DNA from: Shigella phage Sf24
Sequence record: MF327008
Strand: one strand, 5' to 3'
DNA: 64,000 nucleotides
Position numbers and translations under genes: made by a program. The notes beneath the pieces are model-generated. The model was given only the letters and a program-made list of their open reading frames with translations, did not search any database and had not been told where the DNA came from. Positions within the stretch are counted from its first letter, which is position 1, and each line of letters begins with the position of its first letter. This document shows positions 1-10,636 of this stretch, piece by piece.

Positions 1-570
1 AACATCAGTAGCTACATCAATAATAGGAGCATTACTGCGTTTAACTTCAGTAAGTTCACACTGATAAAAATCTTTGTGTGTAAAGAATGGACTGATATAA
101 GCAGTATTTTCTCCTGGGTCAACAGGTCTAATTTGCTTATTATCACCTATTCCAATTATAGTACACCACGGCGGGATAGTTGAAAGCAGAATTTTAAATA
201 GCTTTCTATCATACATTGACACTTCATCGCAGATTAATACTCTGCATTTAGCTAAATCTGGTACTTCTTTTTGTTCAAAAAGAACGTTTTCTTCATATGT
301 TACCGGGTTAATTTTAAGAATGCTGTGAATAGTACTCGCTTCTTTCCCTGATAGTTTTGAAAGAATCTTTTTAGCTGCATGTGTAGGAGCTGCTAAAATA
401 ATACCAGTTTCACCCGTAGATATTAAAGCTTCAATGATGAATTTAGTAAGAGTAGTCTTACCGGTACCAGCAGGTCCATTAATAGTTACATGATGTTTCT
501 TTTCTTTAATAGCCTTCATAACAATGTTAAAGGCATTTTTCTGGCCTTCGGTCAAATCATCAAATGTCAT
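1..570 (-). CDS. dda: Dda DNA helicase, N-terminal ~190 aa (rest lies beyond window start)
   Basis: Translation from ATG 568-570 gives MTFDDLTEGQKNAF...GPAGTGKTT (Walker A), matching T4 Dda as recalled; ORF runs off the window edge. Confidence 0.9.
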   Translation of the reverse strand, partial: MTFDDLTEGQKNAFNIVMKAIKEKKHHVTINGPAGTGKTTLTKFIIEALISTGETGIILAAPTHAAKKILSKLSGKEASTIHSILKINPVTYEENVLFEQKEVPDLAKCRVLICDEVSMYDRKLFKILLSTIPPWCTIIGIGDNKQIRPVDPGENTAYISPFFTHKDFYQCELTEVKRSNAPIIDVATDV

Positions 571-878
571 CGGAAAGTCCCTGCAATTGGAATACTAACA
601 ATACGCCCAGTATCTAGAATTCGTTGATATAATCTTTGTGTATCTACATCAGGCTTAACATGTTTAACTTCTATTTTATTAAACCAAAACTTGCGTGGAG
701 TCTCAACTAGTCTTGGAATTCCCATACCTAAAGCTAGTTTATATTGGTCTTTGAGAGTAGTAAAAACTCTATCAGCAATCTCTCTTTCAAAAAACACAGC
801 AGGACGATGTTCATCAAGTGGAACTGGCGCAGTAAATCCATCTTTGTCTCGGTAAACTATCGCATATACATAAACCAT
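567..878 (-). CDS. hypothetical protein (dda.1 position), 103 aa
   Basis: Track ORF; stop overlaps dda ATG (ATGA). Confidence 0.55.
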   Translation of the reverse strand: MVYVYAIVYRDKDGFTAPVPLDEHRPAVFFEREIADRVFTTLKDQYKLALGMGIPRLVETPRKFWFNKIEVKHVKPDVDTQRLYQRILDTGRIVSIPIAGTFR

Positions 879-879
879 A

Positions 880-1626
880 TTATCCTCGGATAAGTTTAAA
901 AATTGAACAATTTAGCGGGTATCCTCTTTTCAGTTTAAGTTTATCAATAAAAGACAAGTTTTGATACCGCTCTACACCTTGAATAATTTTATCACACATA
1001 TCATATTGCATTTCTGCTTCTGACAACTTTTTCACAATTTTCCAATCCGAGCCTTTAAGAAGAACGTTCAGTTTAACAACTTCAGCGCCTTCTGCTATGC
1101 GAGAACCATCAATACGAGCTTTAAGTGCTATAATTCTTAGCTTAATGTCAGAGGTCTGTTTTGATTTAGAAAGCTGAGAAATGTGTTCAATTCGGTTTTC
1201 ACGTTTTTTCTGTATAGCTTTAATTTGATTATAAGTCTTTTTGATTTTAGCCCATTTCTTTTCATCTAAATTTAGTTTATGAACTTTTTTCGCAGATGAA
1301 CGACCAATTCGCAAAGCAAATAAATCACGCTTTTCAATCAACTCTTCTAAAGTGTAATCAGAACGAAATGTATTATACTTTTTCTTTACTGCAATAACAT
1401 TCCCTTTAATGTATCCAACGTTATTATCAAAACGTTCTAATGATAATTTCTCTCCTTCAATACGATTATCAAAAGGTTCTCCCGAGTAAGCACAAACTTT
1501 CTGATCTAAAATGTTCTTAATGTAATTGAAGTCTAAGTTAAAATCTTTAGAACGTCTTTTTGCAGATGCCTGAGTATGCTCTAAACGACGTTTAATTTTA
1601 CGAATTTGGTTATTAGACAGCTTCAT
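880..1626 (-). CDS. hypothetical 248-aa basic protein at the srd position
   Basis: Track ORF between dda.1 and modA; early promoter immediately upstream; assignment by synteny only. Confidence 0.55.
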   Translation of the reverse strand: MKLSNNQIRKIKRRLEHTQASAKRRSKDFNLDFNYIKNILDQKVCAYSGEPFDNRIEGEKLSLERFDNNVGYIKGNVIAVKKKYNTFRSDYTLEELIEKRDLFALRIGRSSAKKVHKLNLDEKKWAKIKKTYNQIKAIQKKRENRIEHISQLSKSKQTSDIKLRIIALKARIDGSRIAEGAEVVKLNVLLKGSDWKIVKKLSEAEMQYDMCDKIIQGVERYQNLSFIDKLKLKRGYPLNCSIFKLIRG

Positions 1627-1662
1627 ATTTTTCTCACATCTTACGGACGGTTAACTACTTAT

Positions 1663-1692
1663 ACTATAACATTTTTACTTTAACTTGTAAAC
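1663..1692 (-). promoter_or_regulatory. early promoter (GTTTAC -35, TATAGT -10) upstream of srd-like ORF
   Basis: Minus strand GTTTACA-N17/18-TATAGT. Confidence 0.6.
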
Positions 1693-1749
1693 AACTTTAT
1701 GTAAAAATGCTTTAAAAATTTCATGGTATAATGAATCTAAGTCCTTCCG

Positions 1750-2352
1750 TTATAGATTAAATCCTTCAAAATCAAGAGTATAGATAGTGTATGTTGAATA
1801 CTTTTTGTACTCATATCTATCTGCAATTCTAAATACACTTCCAGCCGGTATCATTACTTCTTGTTCATCTGAAACTAATTCCATATTACGATAACGATGG
1901 CTATCCGGAAACTTAAAGTTTGGATTGTATTCTTTACAGCGTAGAGCTTTTATAGCATACTCCTGGAAATTGAATACCATAGGAGCTTTGAATTCAAAAA
2001 TAACCTGTGTGTTATACTCTAAACCGGAAGCAAAATGTAGAGCTATATTTTTATCATATGAAGCTGATACGACTTTATCAAATGTAATAATATCAATTCC
2101 TTGATTTAATACTTGCTTAGTCTCAGCTGGAACACCTCTCCAAAGAGGTTTATCGTTTGGAACCAAACGAGATTTGATTATTTCATTTAACCAAGTATGG
2201 TCATCTGGCTTATTAGTAATACAATGAATTAAAAGTTCAATTTCAGATAAATTAAACCCTTCAGAAAGCAATTCTTCACGAATAGAAGCACGCACCGATG
2301 CATCCATTGATTTTATTTTAAAATCTTTTAGTTGCATTACTGAGTATTTCAT
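1750..2352 (-). CDS. modA: ADP-ribosyltransferase ModA
   Basis: 200 aa; R (LWRGV), S-x-S (SASYD) and E-x-E (EQEVMIP) ART motifs; synteny with modB. Confidence 0.85.
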   Translation of the reverse strand: MKYSVMQLKDFKIKSMDASVRASIREELLSEGFNLSEIELLIHCITNKPDDHTWLNEIIKSRLVPNDKPLWRGVPAETKQVLNQGIDIITFDKVVSASYDKNIALHFASGLEYNTQVIFEFKAPMVFNFQEYAIKALRCKEYNPNFKFPDSHRYRNMELVSDEQEVMIPAGSVFRIADRYEYKKYSTYTIYTLDFEGFNL

Positions 2353-2972
2353 TCAACTACCTCAATATCATAAACTTTAAATGTTCCAAATGAATCGTGT
2401 AATTTTTCTTTTGAAATAGAAGTTATTTTATACTTTCCAATTGGAATCATCCATTCTTGTTCATGCACAATCATCATTAAGTTATCAGTACGCTCTGAAT
2501 CTAATCCATCAGTATCTTCATATGTATACTTAAACTCAGTATTAGGAGAAGAAAGTATAATATCGCTGATATGGTCAGAATAATTAAAAGCTTTATCAGT
2601 TTTTAAACGAAGTATTGTTTCAGTGAAATATTCAGCATAAGAAAAAGAACACGCTGTATGCAAACTAGTAGTAAATGAATCTACTCTGTTCGTTGAAAAC
2701 ACTTCTCCAACTTGTAAATCTTTAATAAGTTCTTTTGTCGATTTTGATATACCACGATATAATTGATAAGGCGATTTAGTTAAATGCTTTTTAATGATTT
2801 TATTCAACTGTCTGTGAAGAGCTTCATTCTTTTTGGCTTCCATACATTGCCAAAGAACAGACTGCTCAAAGTCAGTAAATTTTTCACAGACTTTTTTATA
2901 CATATCATATTGAAAATCAACGCTTTCAGCTTTTATAGATAACTGTTCAACATCTGCAGGATTAATAATCAT
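2349..2972 (-). CDS. modB: ADP-ribosyltransferase ModB
   Basis: 207 aa; YRGIS, STNRV, EQEWMIP ART motifs; overlaps modA start by 4 nt. Confidence 0.85.
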   Translation of the reverse strand: MIINPADVEQLSIKAESVDFQYDMYKKVCEKFTDFEQSVLWQCMEAKKNEALHRQLNKIIKKHLTKSPYQLYRGISKSTKELIKDLQVGEVFSTNRVDSFTTSLHTACSFSYAEYFTETILRLKTDKAFNYSDHISDIILSSPNTEFKYTYEDTDGLDSERTDNLMMIVHEQEWMIPIGKYKITSISKEKLHDSFGTFKVYDIEVVE

Positions 2973-2998
2973 GATAGCCTCCGTATACTTCAGAAGCT

Positions 2999-3028
2999 AT
3001 CATATCATCGTTAGAAAGGAAAGTAAAC
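2999..3028 (-). promoter_or_regulatory. early promoter upstream of modB
   Basis: GTTTAC-N18-TATGAT. Confidence 0.55.
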
Positions 3029-3039
3029 AACTTTTTGAA

Positions 3040-3222
3040 TTATTTTGCCCAGGGAGCCCAAGGCGGAGGGTCAAGATGGTATGAAGCTAGTTCTTCTAGA
3101 AGAGCATCTGGGGCTTCAATTCCATAATTCTGTAATACTATACGGTACTCTTTCTTATAATCACTAGAATCATTCTGGTTATTCGTAGAATGATTATCTT
3201 CTAACATCTCAAATAAATCCAT
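3040..3222 (-). CDS. hypothetical small protein (60 aa)
   Basis: Track ORF in packed minus-strand array. Confidence 0.45.
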   Translation of the reverse strand: MDLFEMLEDNHSTNNQNDSSDYKKEYRIVLQNYGIEAPDALLEELASYHLDPPPWAPWAK

Positions 3223-3230
3223 ATTAATTC

Positions 3231-3701
3231 CTAGCGATAAAAACCAAAGTGACGATTAGCTTCAACAATCTTTCTTTCTTCTTCGGACATTCTCCAGCGT
3301 AGTCCAACATCAAAATGAGCCCAGACCATCTTAACAAATGCGTTTATATCTTTAATATCTTCAATAATGAATGTTTTACTTTTAGAAGGTTGACTCGCTA
3401 ATTTAACTTTATCGTCTTCAAACATGTCAAAAAGACCATATTCATGAGCTCTTTTATAGCCTTTAATAGTTAAAGCTTCAGAAGAAGAAAATGGTGAATC
3501 TGTATTCTGCAAAATATCTTCAGTATGCTTTATAATTAGAATAACATTTTCTGGATATTTTCTTTCTTTTATATCTTTAATTAAAATATCCGGATTTTCT
3601 GCTAAAGGAATAATTAACGAGCATTTTTTATCAAGTGTATTTACTGATTTACCTTCTTTAGACATAAATTCTATTGAATATAATTTTGCTACTTCAATCA
3701 T
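3231..3701 (-). CDS. hypothetical protein (156 aa)
   Basis: Track ORF, starts MIEVAKLY. Confidence 0.55.
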   Translation of the reverse strand: MIEVAKLYSIEFMSKEGKSVNTLDKKCSLIIPLAENPDILIKDIKERKYPENVILIIKHTEDILQNTDSPFSSSEALTIKGYKRAHEYGLFDMFEDDKVKLASQPSKSKTFIIEDIKDINAFVKMVWAHFDVGLRWRMSEEERKIVEANRHFGFYR

Positions 3702-3858
3702 GTGATTTCCTTTTGCCTACTAATGGACCGTCAGGAATTTTGTTTTCCTGAATGTATTTCTCATTTTCTTCCATCATTTTACTACCGATTTTAAGAAGCA
3801 AATCTAAGGCTTCATTTGCTTTAGCTTTAGCCTCTTCTAACGTCATGTTCTTGTTCAT
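3697..3858 (-). CDS. hypothetical small protein (53 aa)
   Basis: Hand-translated: ATG 3856-3858, [21 protein letters not shown]...; fills gap between track ORFs; below track threshold. Confidence 0.3.
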
Positions 3859-4058
3859 GATTTATCCCCATAGATATCTCTCATCAATTTAAGTGCTGAG
3901 CGTTCTAATTTCTTTTCTTTCTCAGCACTAATCATTGATTTCATCCATTCTTCCGATTCGTTCTGCATTTCTTTATTTGCCTGTTCAACCCAACCATCGT
4001 CAATATACATTGAGTTTGGTCTATTGAACCATTCAAACATTTTCTTCAGAACTTTCAT
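3855..4058 (-). CDS. hypothetical small protein (67 aa)
   Basis: Track ORF. Confidence 0.45.
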   Translation of the reverse strand: MKVLKKMFEWFNRPNSMYIDDGWVEQANKEMQNESEEWMKSMISAEKEKKLERSALKLMRDIYGDKS

Positions 4059-4551
4059 TTATTTTACCTAAAACAACAGTAGGAGCATCATCAAATTCAT
4101 GAATTTTTAGCAAATTTGGATGTAAACTATTCCATACAGAAGAAATAAAGTATGATAAAGCATCTTCACTCACAATTATAAATTTATTTCCTTTATCTAT
4201 TTTCCAGCTATATACTGAATCATACGAATAGAAAGATAGAGGATTATCATTATATTGTTCTGCGCTAACATTAATGTATTCGGATTTAGTAAATGCTTCA
4301 ATTGCTCTAAATGGAATATTTGGTACAGTTTCAATAATTCCGATCTTTTTAAGTTTTATTTCAGCATCTTCTGGAACTGGCATTGAAACAAAATTTTCTA
4401 CGAGATACATTGGGTCACAATAACCCTTATCAATCATTACTGCTACGGTAATTGGAACGTCTTTAGCAAACGACATACTATTACTGCTAATATACATTTC
4501 AAACAAAATCGCTTCCATAATTTTCCTCAATCGCAAGATGTAGATGAACAA
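4033..4551 (-). CDS. hypothetical protein (172 aa)
   Basis: Track ORF. Confidence 0.55.
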   Translation of the reverse strand: MFIYILRLRKIMEAILFEMYISSNSMSFAKDVPITVAVMIDKGYCDPMYLVENFVSMPVPEDAEIKLKKIGIIETVPNIPFRAIEAFTKSEYINVSAEQYNDNPLSFYSYDSVYSWKIDKGNKFIIVSEDALSYFISSVWNSLHPNLLKIHEFDDAPTVVLGKINESSEENV

Positions 4552-5021
4552 CCAGAATCACAAGAACTTCCACATGAATCACCAGTCCAAGAACTAACAG
4601 CCGTGACTGTTATAATAGGAGCGGTATCGATATAGCTTTCTGAACGTCTTGAATCTAAATGTTCTTTTAACTTTTTAGAATTCAATGGAAGCGCACCTGC
4701 ACCAACATTACCAGCTTTTTCTGGTTGACGAATAATTTCTTCCATCGTATCGTCGCTCGCATAAACATTAGTATCATATGAATCAGAACTAGACTGTGTA
4801 TTAGATGATGTAGTAGGTGTTGACCAGCGCCAAGGATTTTTATAATATTCTTGGGCTTCTTCATAAGTCATAGTAACTGCTTCTACTGTTCCATCTCCCA
4901 TATAAACATACTCAACTACAGTTAAAGGAAGGTAGTCATTTGAAATAGGAACTACACCTTCCCCAGGAGTCGTAGAGAAAAAATCTGTAAAGAAACTTTT
5001 AAACCAATTAAAGATAAACAT
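4527..5021 (-). CDS. hypothetical protein (164 aa), hydrophobic N-terminus, Cys/Ser-rich C-terminus
   Basis: Track ORF; start not verified. Confidence 0.5.
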   Translation of the reverse strand: MFIFNWFKSFFTDFFSTTPGEGVVPISNDYLPLTVVEYVYMGDGTVEAVTMTYEEAQEYYKNPWRWSTPTTSSNTQSSSDSYDTNVYASDDTMEEIIRQPEKAGNVGAGALPLNSKKLKEHLDSRRSESYIDTAPIITVTAVSSWTGDSCGSSCDSGCSSTSCD

Positions 5022-5227
5022 TACAAAAAGCCTCTCTTAAATTCGACTTGCTTCTCGCCATAATCATATCGAATCTCTGCATTAAATTCGACAGAACCAT
5101 CTGCGTACATCATAAATGAATGCACAACAACTTCTGTAGACCATGGCTGTAGTTCATATTTCTTCATTACATGCCGTGAAATGATAATATCTAAATCTTC
5201 ATTTGGTTTAATCCAGCGATTTAACAT
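5021..5227 (-). CDS. hypothetical small protein (68 aa)
   Basis: Track ORF; ATG 5225-5227 preceded by AGAGGAGAG and an early promoter. Confidence 0.55.
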   Translation of the reverse strand: MLNRWIKPNEDLDIIISRHVMKKYELQPWSTEVVVHSFMMYADGSVEFNAEIRYDYGEKQVEFKRGFL

Positions 5228-5253
5228 AGTGCTCTCCTCTATAAGATAATTCT

Positions 5254-5283
5254 ATTATACCATACTCATTTTGGAAAGTAAAC
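5254..5283 (-). promoter_or_regulatory. early promoter
   Basis: GTTTAC-N18-TATAAT, 27 nt upstream of ATG 5227. Confidence 0.65.
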
Positions 5284-5291
5284 CATTTAAA

Positions 5292-5320
5292 TGAAAAAAG
5301 GACTCCCGAAGGAGTCCTTG
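5292..5320 (-). terminator. intrinsic terminator after soc
   Basis: RNA GGACUCC-UUCG-GGAGUCC followed by U-run. Confidence 0.7.
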
Positions 5321-5323
5321 AAT

Positions 5324-5569
5324 TTATTCACCAGTTACTTTCCACAAATCTTCATTTGCAGCAATCCATTCAGTACGTTGATTTTCTTCATATACTGTAG
5401 AATATGCTGCTTTTTCTGAAGGGAATGTCTGATAATGAGCACCAGAAATTTTGTGAACGTCAGAATAAAGAGGGAAAGCTACAGAAATTTCCTTTCCTTC
5501 AATTTTCTTATTTCCATCTAATTTCTGCTCAAATGTTTTGATATTAACATAACCGCGAGTACTAGCCAT
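5324..5569 (-). CDS. soc: small outer capsid protein Soc
   Basis: MASTRGYVNIKTFEQKLDGNKK... matches T4 Soc as recalled; late TATAAATA upstream; terminator downstream. Confidence 0.9.
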   Translation of the reverse strand: MASTRGYVNIKTFEQKLDGNKKIEGKEISVAFPLYSDVHKISGAHYQTFPSEKAAYSTVYEENQRTEWIAANEDLWKVTGE

Positions 5570-5585
5570 GTAATTCTCCTTTTAT

Positions 5586-5795
5586 TTAAATTACATGATT
5601 ATTTATAATAAATTCTCGCGGAACGTTAAAATACCCAATTTTAGTTAATATAACAATATCGCCGTTAATAATTACCGGAGAATAATCTTCTGGAGCATTA
5701 AATTTCCAATGGGCTCTAATATTATATCCATCAGAACCAAATGCTCGAGTAGCCGGTCTCCCGGCTTTTTGCCACGCGTAGAAATCAAATTTCAT
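5586..5795 (-). CDS. hypothetical small protein (69 aa)
   Basis: Track ORF between soc and 56. Confidence 0.5.
   Translation of the reverse strand: MKFDFYAWQKAGRPATRAFGSDGYNIRAHWKFNAPEDYSPVIINGDIVILTKIGYFNVPREFIINNHVI
5600..5607 (-). promoter_or_regulatory. late promoter TATAAATA for soc
   Basis: Exact TATAAATA about 30 nt upstream of soc ATG. Confidence 0.7.
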
Positions 5796-5992
5796 TTTGA
5801 ATGCTCTATAATTAATTTTAAGGCTTCTTCGCTGACAAAAATTTCATCAAGACCTTCTTCTATAACCCAATCAACCATACGAAGTTGATTAGTTAAGAGC
5901 TCACATACGAGCTCCTTGTTATAATCTTTAAATAGCTGGTCAATACGTTTCTTATGGGCTTTCTTAAGCTGACGCTTATTTAAACGAGCCAT
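5792..5992 (-). CDS. hypothetical small protein (66 aa)
   Basis: Track ORF between soc and 56. Confidence 0.5.
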   Translation of the reverse strand: MARLNKRQLKKAHKKRIDQLFKDYNKELVCELLTNQLRMVDWVIEEGLDEIFVSEEALKLIIEHSK

Positions 5993-6510
5993 TAATAACC
6001 TCGGTCTTGACGAGCGAAGTTTTCAGCATTTTTCAGGTAATAAAGTTTAAAGATTTCTTCAGCTGACATTCCAAGAGCAATAAATTTATTCATGAAAAAG
6101 TGAAATTGGTCAATCAGTTCAAATTTAATTTCAAGCTGATCTTCGGGAGATAAATCTTGAATTTTCTTGGATTGCATTTCAGAATAACGTTTCTTCCAAG
6201 GTTTCCATACAGCAGAAGCTTCTTTTTCACCATTACTCATACCACCAAGAGAAGTATATAGTTCGCGAGTTTCATCTGCGATATAATCGTCTTGGTTTCG
6301 CAACCAAGCAAGAACTTCTCCTGCGGTTTCAAGTGAATCAGGATGACGATTTGTTTCTGGTTTATCATTAGCCAAACGAATCTGTAAATGCCGCTGCATG
6401 TCAAGCATAACCTGCAATGGGTCAATACTGTGCATAATATACTCAGCATATGCACGATTTGCTTTATCAACACCTTCGATCAAATGAGCACATTCATTAA
6501 AGTGAGCCAT
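5992..6510 (-). CDS. 56: dCTP pyrophosphatase (gene 56)
   Basis: MAHFNECAHLIEG...; start moved to ATG 6508-6510 (track begins at an upstream TTG) with AAAGGA SD; 171 aa. Confidence 0.88.
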   Translation of the reverse strand: MAHFNECAHLIEGVDKANRAYAEYIMHSIDPLQVMLDMQRHLQIRLANDKPETNRHPDSLETAGEVLAWLRNQDDYIADETRELYTSLGGMSNGEKEASAVWKPWKKRYSEMQSKKIQDLSPEDQLEIKFELIDQFHFFMNKFIALGMSAEEIFKLYYLKNAENFARQDRGY

Positions 6511-6544
6511 TATTTTTCCTTTCAATTCATTAATAAGTTAAATA

Positions 6545-6570
6545 ATTATATCATTTGAGTATGTAAGCAA
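6545..6570 (-). promoter_or_regulatory. candidate middle promoter upstream of gene 56
   Basis: MotA-box-like TTGCTTAC, 13 nt, TATAAT. Confidence 0.35.
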
Positions 6571-7910
<1,340 letters not shown>

Positions 7911-7935
7911 TATATCATCCTCAGCAATTTGTTTT

Positions 7936-7965
7936 ATAATACCATAACAAGCTGAGAAAGTAAAC
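7936..7965 (-). promoter_or_regulatory. early promoter upstream of the dam-coupled ORF
   Basis: GTTTAC-N18-TATTAT. Confidence 0.6.
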
Positions 7966-8003
7966 AAATTTATGATAAATATTAATTTAAAGGAGGACGA
8001 CGC

Positions 8004-8204
8004 ATGGTACAAAAATTAATGGCAATTGTTAATGCCATCAAAGGTAATAAAAAACGTATAGCTTTTACTATTTCTGCTATGGTAGGAATTTTACTCTGGA
8101 ACTTTATTTTATCACCTGTTGCAATTGCACATGGTATTAATATTCCAGTAGTTACTCTTGATACATTCGTAGATTTAGCATTTGCTTTAGTTGGGTTAAT
8201 TTAA
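8004..8204 (+). CDS. hypothetical small hydrophobic protein (66 aa) on the plus strand
   Basis: AAGGAGG 7 nt before ATG 8004; occupies an otherwise non-coding ~190-bp gap between gene 61 stop and the 7936-7965 promoter. Confidence 0.4.
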   Translation: MVQKLMAIVNAIKGNKKRIAFTISAMVGILLWNFILSPVAIAHGINIPVVTLDTFVDLAFALVGLI

Positions 8205-9229
8205 ATCTTAGCATATTTAGATAACCTCATTTTAGCCATCAACCCCTGGGCAATATTATTTTTCATATATTCCATAATTTGTTCAGGGGTTGCACCTTCC
8301 TTTCTAATCATATCATTAACATCTTTTGATTTCCAGGGAGATTTATCCCAAAACATAACTCTTTCTCCTGCATCAACTAATTTAGTCATTCGTTTGATAG
8401 TGTCAGGGTGACGAGGTTCATTATCTAAAACCCACACTCGTCTATCTTTAAATGGAACAACTTCTAGGTCTAATTGACCACCCGTAATAGCTATACCATT
8501 TTCAATAAAAAGTGAATCTATAGGTCCTTCTAGAACATATACATCACCATCTTTAACTCGTTCAACACCGTAAATTTTTGTTGCCTCAGGATAAGCTTTG
8601 ATGGTGATATACTTTTGTGGAGCATCTTTCTTTAATGCACGTCCTTGAAAAGACTCAGCTTTTCCGTTAGCATTATAAATTGGAATAACAAGACGAGGCT
8701 CAGAAATTTCCTTTTTGTATGTTCCCGGTGCTATGCTATTAACTAATTTAGGCCATTCGGTTGTAAACCAAAGATATTTCCATTTATCCTTTGGAATACA
8801 ACGAGCTTTTACATATTTTATAATTGGATGGTCTTCCGCCAGTTTATCTAATCTAACGCATGACGGAAGAGATTTAATTATTTTCTTCTCAGGCTGTTTA
8901 GGAAGTTCTTTAGGTTTTTCTACTGGACGACTTTTACCTTTTTCTTTTCTTATTTCAAAGATATACTCACGATATAAATCAGGTTCAAACTCCTTTAAAT
9001 ATATTCCGATTGGTGCATGATAGTTACAGTTATAACAATGAATATTTCCTTCATTATTATCACCATAATACCATCCACGGGCTTTATTTTGGTCGGTTTT
9101 TGAATCTCCACAAACAGGGCATCTAAACCGCAACTTAAAGGTTGAACTATTATTTACTTGTGTAAATTTAGGTAAATGAGCTAATGCACGGTATGCAAAC
9201 TCATTATCAATCCAAGGTATTGATGACAT
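8201..9229 (-). CDS. 61: DNA primase (gene 61)
   Basis: 342 aa; zinc ribbon CPVCGDS...HCYNCNYH; TOPRIM-like VLEGPIDSLF. Confidence 0.92.
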   Translation of the reverse strand: MSSIPWIDNEFAYRALAHLPKFTQVNNSSTFKLRFRCPVCGDSKTDQNKARGWYYGDNNEGNIHCYNCNYHAPIGIYLKEFEPDLYREYIFEIRKEKGKSRPVEKPKELPKQPEKKIIKSLPSCVRLDKLAEDHPIIKYVKARCIPKDKWKYLWFTTEWPKLVNSIAPGTYKKEISEPRLVIPIYNANGKAESFQGRALKKDAPQKYITIKAYPEATKIYGVERVKDGDVYVLEGPIDSLFIENGIAITGGQLDLEVVPFKDRRVWVLDNEPRHPDTIKRMTKLVDAGERVMFWDKSPWKSKDVNDMIRKEGATPEQIMEYMKNNIAQGLMAKMRLSKYAKI

Positions 9230-9231
9230 TT

Positions 9232-9396
9232 TTACTCTTCTTTTTCTTTAGATTCCTCTTTCTTCTTTTTAGGAATCTGTTCAGGACCTTTATTTACTAC
9301 AGCACCTGACGTTGTTCCAGTAGAGATATTTTCAGGATTACCACCTGAATCTCCAGCGACCATATCTTCTTTAATAAATTCTTTATATGTTTTCAT
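9232..9396 (-). CDS. small protein (54 aa, 61.1 position) with capsid-targeting-like N-terminus MKTYKEFIKE
   Basis: Hand-translated from ATG 9394-9396 (AGAGGT SD): MKTYKEFIKEDMVAGDSGGNPEN...KKKKEESKEKEE; stop 3 nt before gene 61 ATG. Confidence 0.5.
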   Translation of the reverse strand: MKTYKEFIKEDMVAGDSGGNPENISTGTTSGAVVNKGPEQIPKKKKEESKEKEE

Positions 9397-9397
9397 A

Positions 9398-10024
9398 TTA
9401 ACCTCTATTCATAAAAGCATTAAAAATTTGGTCATCAATAGAAACATTTACTTTAGACTGTTTTTCTGATGGTAATTCATATCCACATATCACAATTTTA
9501 TGATCAATATCAAAATACACAGAAGCAATATGATTAATGATATTTTCAGTGAAGTCTAAATCGACATCAATATCTTTTTGACCAAAGCCCAAAGGATAAA
9601 TAATGCGAGTAATTCGATTATCTTTAACAAAGATTCCACCGACATACTCTGTACTGCGTTTAAAGTCTACACGCCGACGAAATGAAAAATATTCAGGCTC
9701 TTTATGAGCTCGGCTCATAGGACACAACGAATAACTAGAATAAGAGATGTCAAATCCTACGCCTTCAATATGAGCCAAAGTGTCATGATTAAACCAATTA
9801 TAATCGTACGCCAAATCCATTAGATTATAATATGTAAAAGGCACCGGATTAACATCATTAGTCACAAGCATGTAATTAGCAACTGCTATAATTTCATTGT
9901 TTTTAACGAATACAAACCGTGATTGATGCGAATGACCTGGACCCGCGTTTTCACGATTAATGATATAACACTGGGCACCTTTATATTTGTATGTATCTTT
10001 GCACTTGTGCATTTGATAGAGCAT
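9398..10024 (-). CDS. hypothetical protein (208 aa, 61.2 position)
   Basis: Track ORF between 61 and 41. Confidence 0.6.
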   Translation of the reverse strand: MLYQMHKCKDTYKYKGAQCYIINRENAGPGHSHQSRFVFVKNNEIIAVANYMLVTNDVNPVPFTYYNLMDLAYDYNWFNHDTLAHIEGVGFDISYSSYSLCPMSRAHKEPEYFSFRRRVDFKRSTEYVGGIFVKDNRITRIIYPLGFGQKDIDVDLDFTENIINHIASVYFDIDHKIVICGYELPSEKQSKVNVSIDDQIFNAFMNRG

Positions 10025-10317
10025 TATTCACCTACCACTTCAGCGATGATATTTTTGTTATTAAAGTTTTTATCGCAATACAGAACATAATTATACTGCA
10101 TTACACCACCAGACTTAAGCTGTTTTTGCACTTCAGCTTTCATTTCAGGACGATCGCGCTCAACAATATTCATAATATCCGCTTCAATTTGAGTTTCAAC
10201 CTCAGTCTGATCAGCAGTCATAGACCATTCGCACAAATCTTTATCATAACCTGCCATAGCAGGCTGAGCAGCACAAGAAGCTAAAGCAAAAATTGTAGCA
10301 AAGATAAATTTTTTCAT
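10024..10317 (-). CDS. putative lipoprotein (97 aa, 61.3 position)
   Basis: Signal peptide with lipobox-like LASC; GAGGAG SD; own early promoter; locally GC-richer. Confidence 0.6.
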   Translation of the reverse strand: MKKFIFATIFALASCAAQPAMAGYDKDLCEWSMTADQTEVETQIEADIMNIVERDRPEMKAEVQKQLKSGGVMQYNYVLYCDKNFNNKNIIAEVVGE

Positions 10318-10346
10318 GATAATCTCCTCAGTAGTTTATGTTTATA

Positions 10347-10375
10347 TAGTATCTCAATTTCCAACAAAAGTAAAC
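10347..10375 (-). promoter_or_regulatory. early promoter upstream of 61.3-like lipoprotein
   Basis: GTTTAC-N18-TACTAT. Confidence 0.6.
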
Positions 10376-10377
10376 AG

Positions 10378-10635
10378 TTATTTTAAAACTTCTGTGTAAT
10401 CACATGTTACAAACTGTTTCTCTAGCTTGACGATTTTACGAAAGTATCTTTTACATTGACGAATCTGTCGCTTAGTAGGGCGCACAGCAAACTTAATAAA
10501 TTCCACTCGACCAAATGGAGGGCTTTCTTCTGATGGAATATCTAACACCAATTCCCACGTATCTGCAATAAGTGCTTTGAATTGAGTATTTTTCCTAACG
10601 TTATACGGAGTAGGTTTAAATAAAACAATATGCAT
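10378..10635 (-). CDS. hypothetical protein (85 aa, 61.4 position)
   Basis: Track ORF 10378-10677; start moved to ATG 10633-10635 with GAGGATAAT SD to avoid overlap with dmd. Confidence 0.5.
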   Translation of the reverse strand: MHIVLFKPTPYNVRKNTQFKALIADTWELVLDIPSEESPPFGRVEFIKFAVRPTKRQIRQCKRYFRKIVKLEKQFVTCDYTEVLK

Positions 10636-10636
10636 A

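Noticed and set aside
880-1626. Possible HNH-like motif (CAYSGEPF...ERFDNNVGY) in the srd-like ORF
   Set aside because: Key histidines of the HNH motif are missing; the resemblance is too weak to call a nuclease from sequence alone.
1720-1735. Plus-strand extended -10-like sequence TGGTATAAT
   Set aside because: No plus-strand gene follows and no -35 is evident; such AT-rich hexamers occur by chance in this genome.
4682-4864. Minus-strand ORFs nested in alternative frames of larger genes (4682-4864, 6237-6473, 14201-14401, 16722-16907, 24250-24513, 26342-26563, 52637-52852, 53317-53499)
   Set aside because: Fully contained within longer ORFs with recognisable products or better translation signals.
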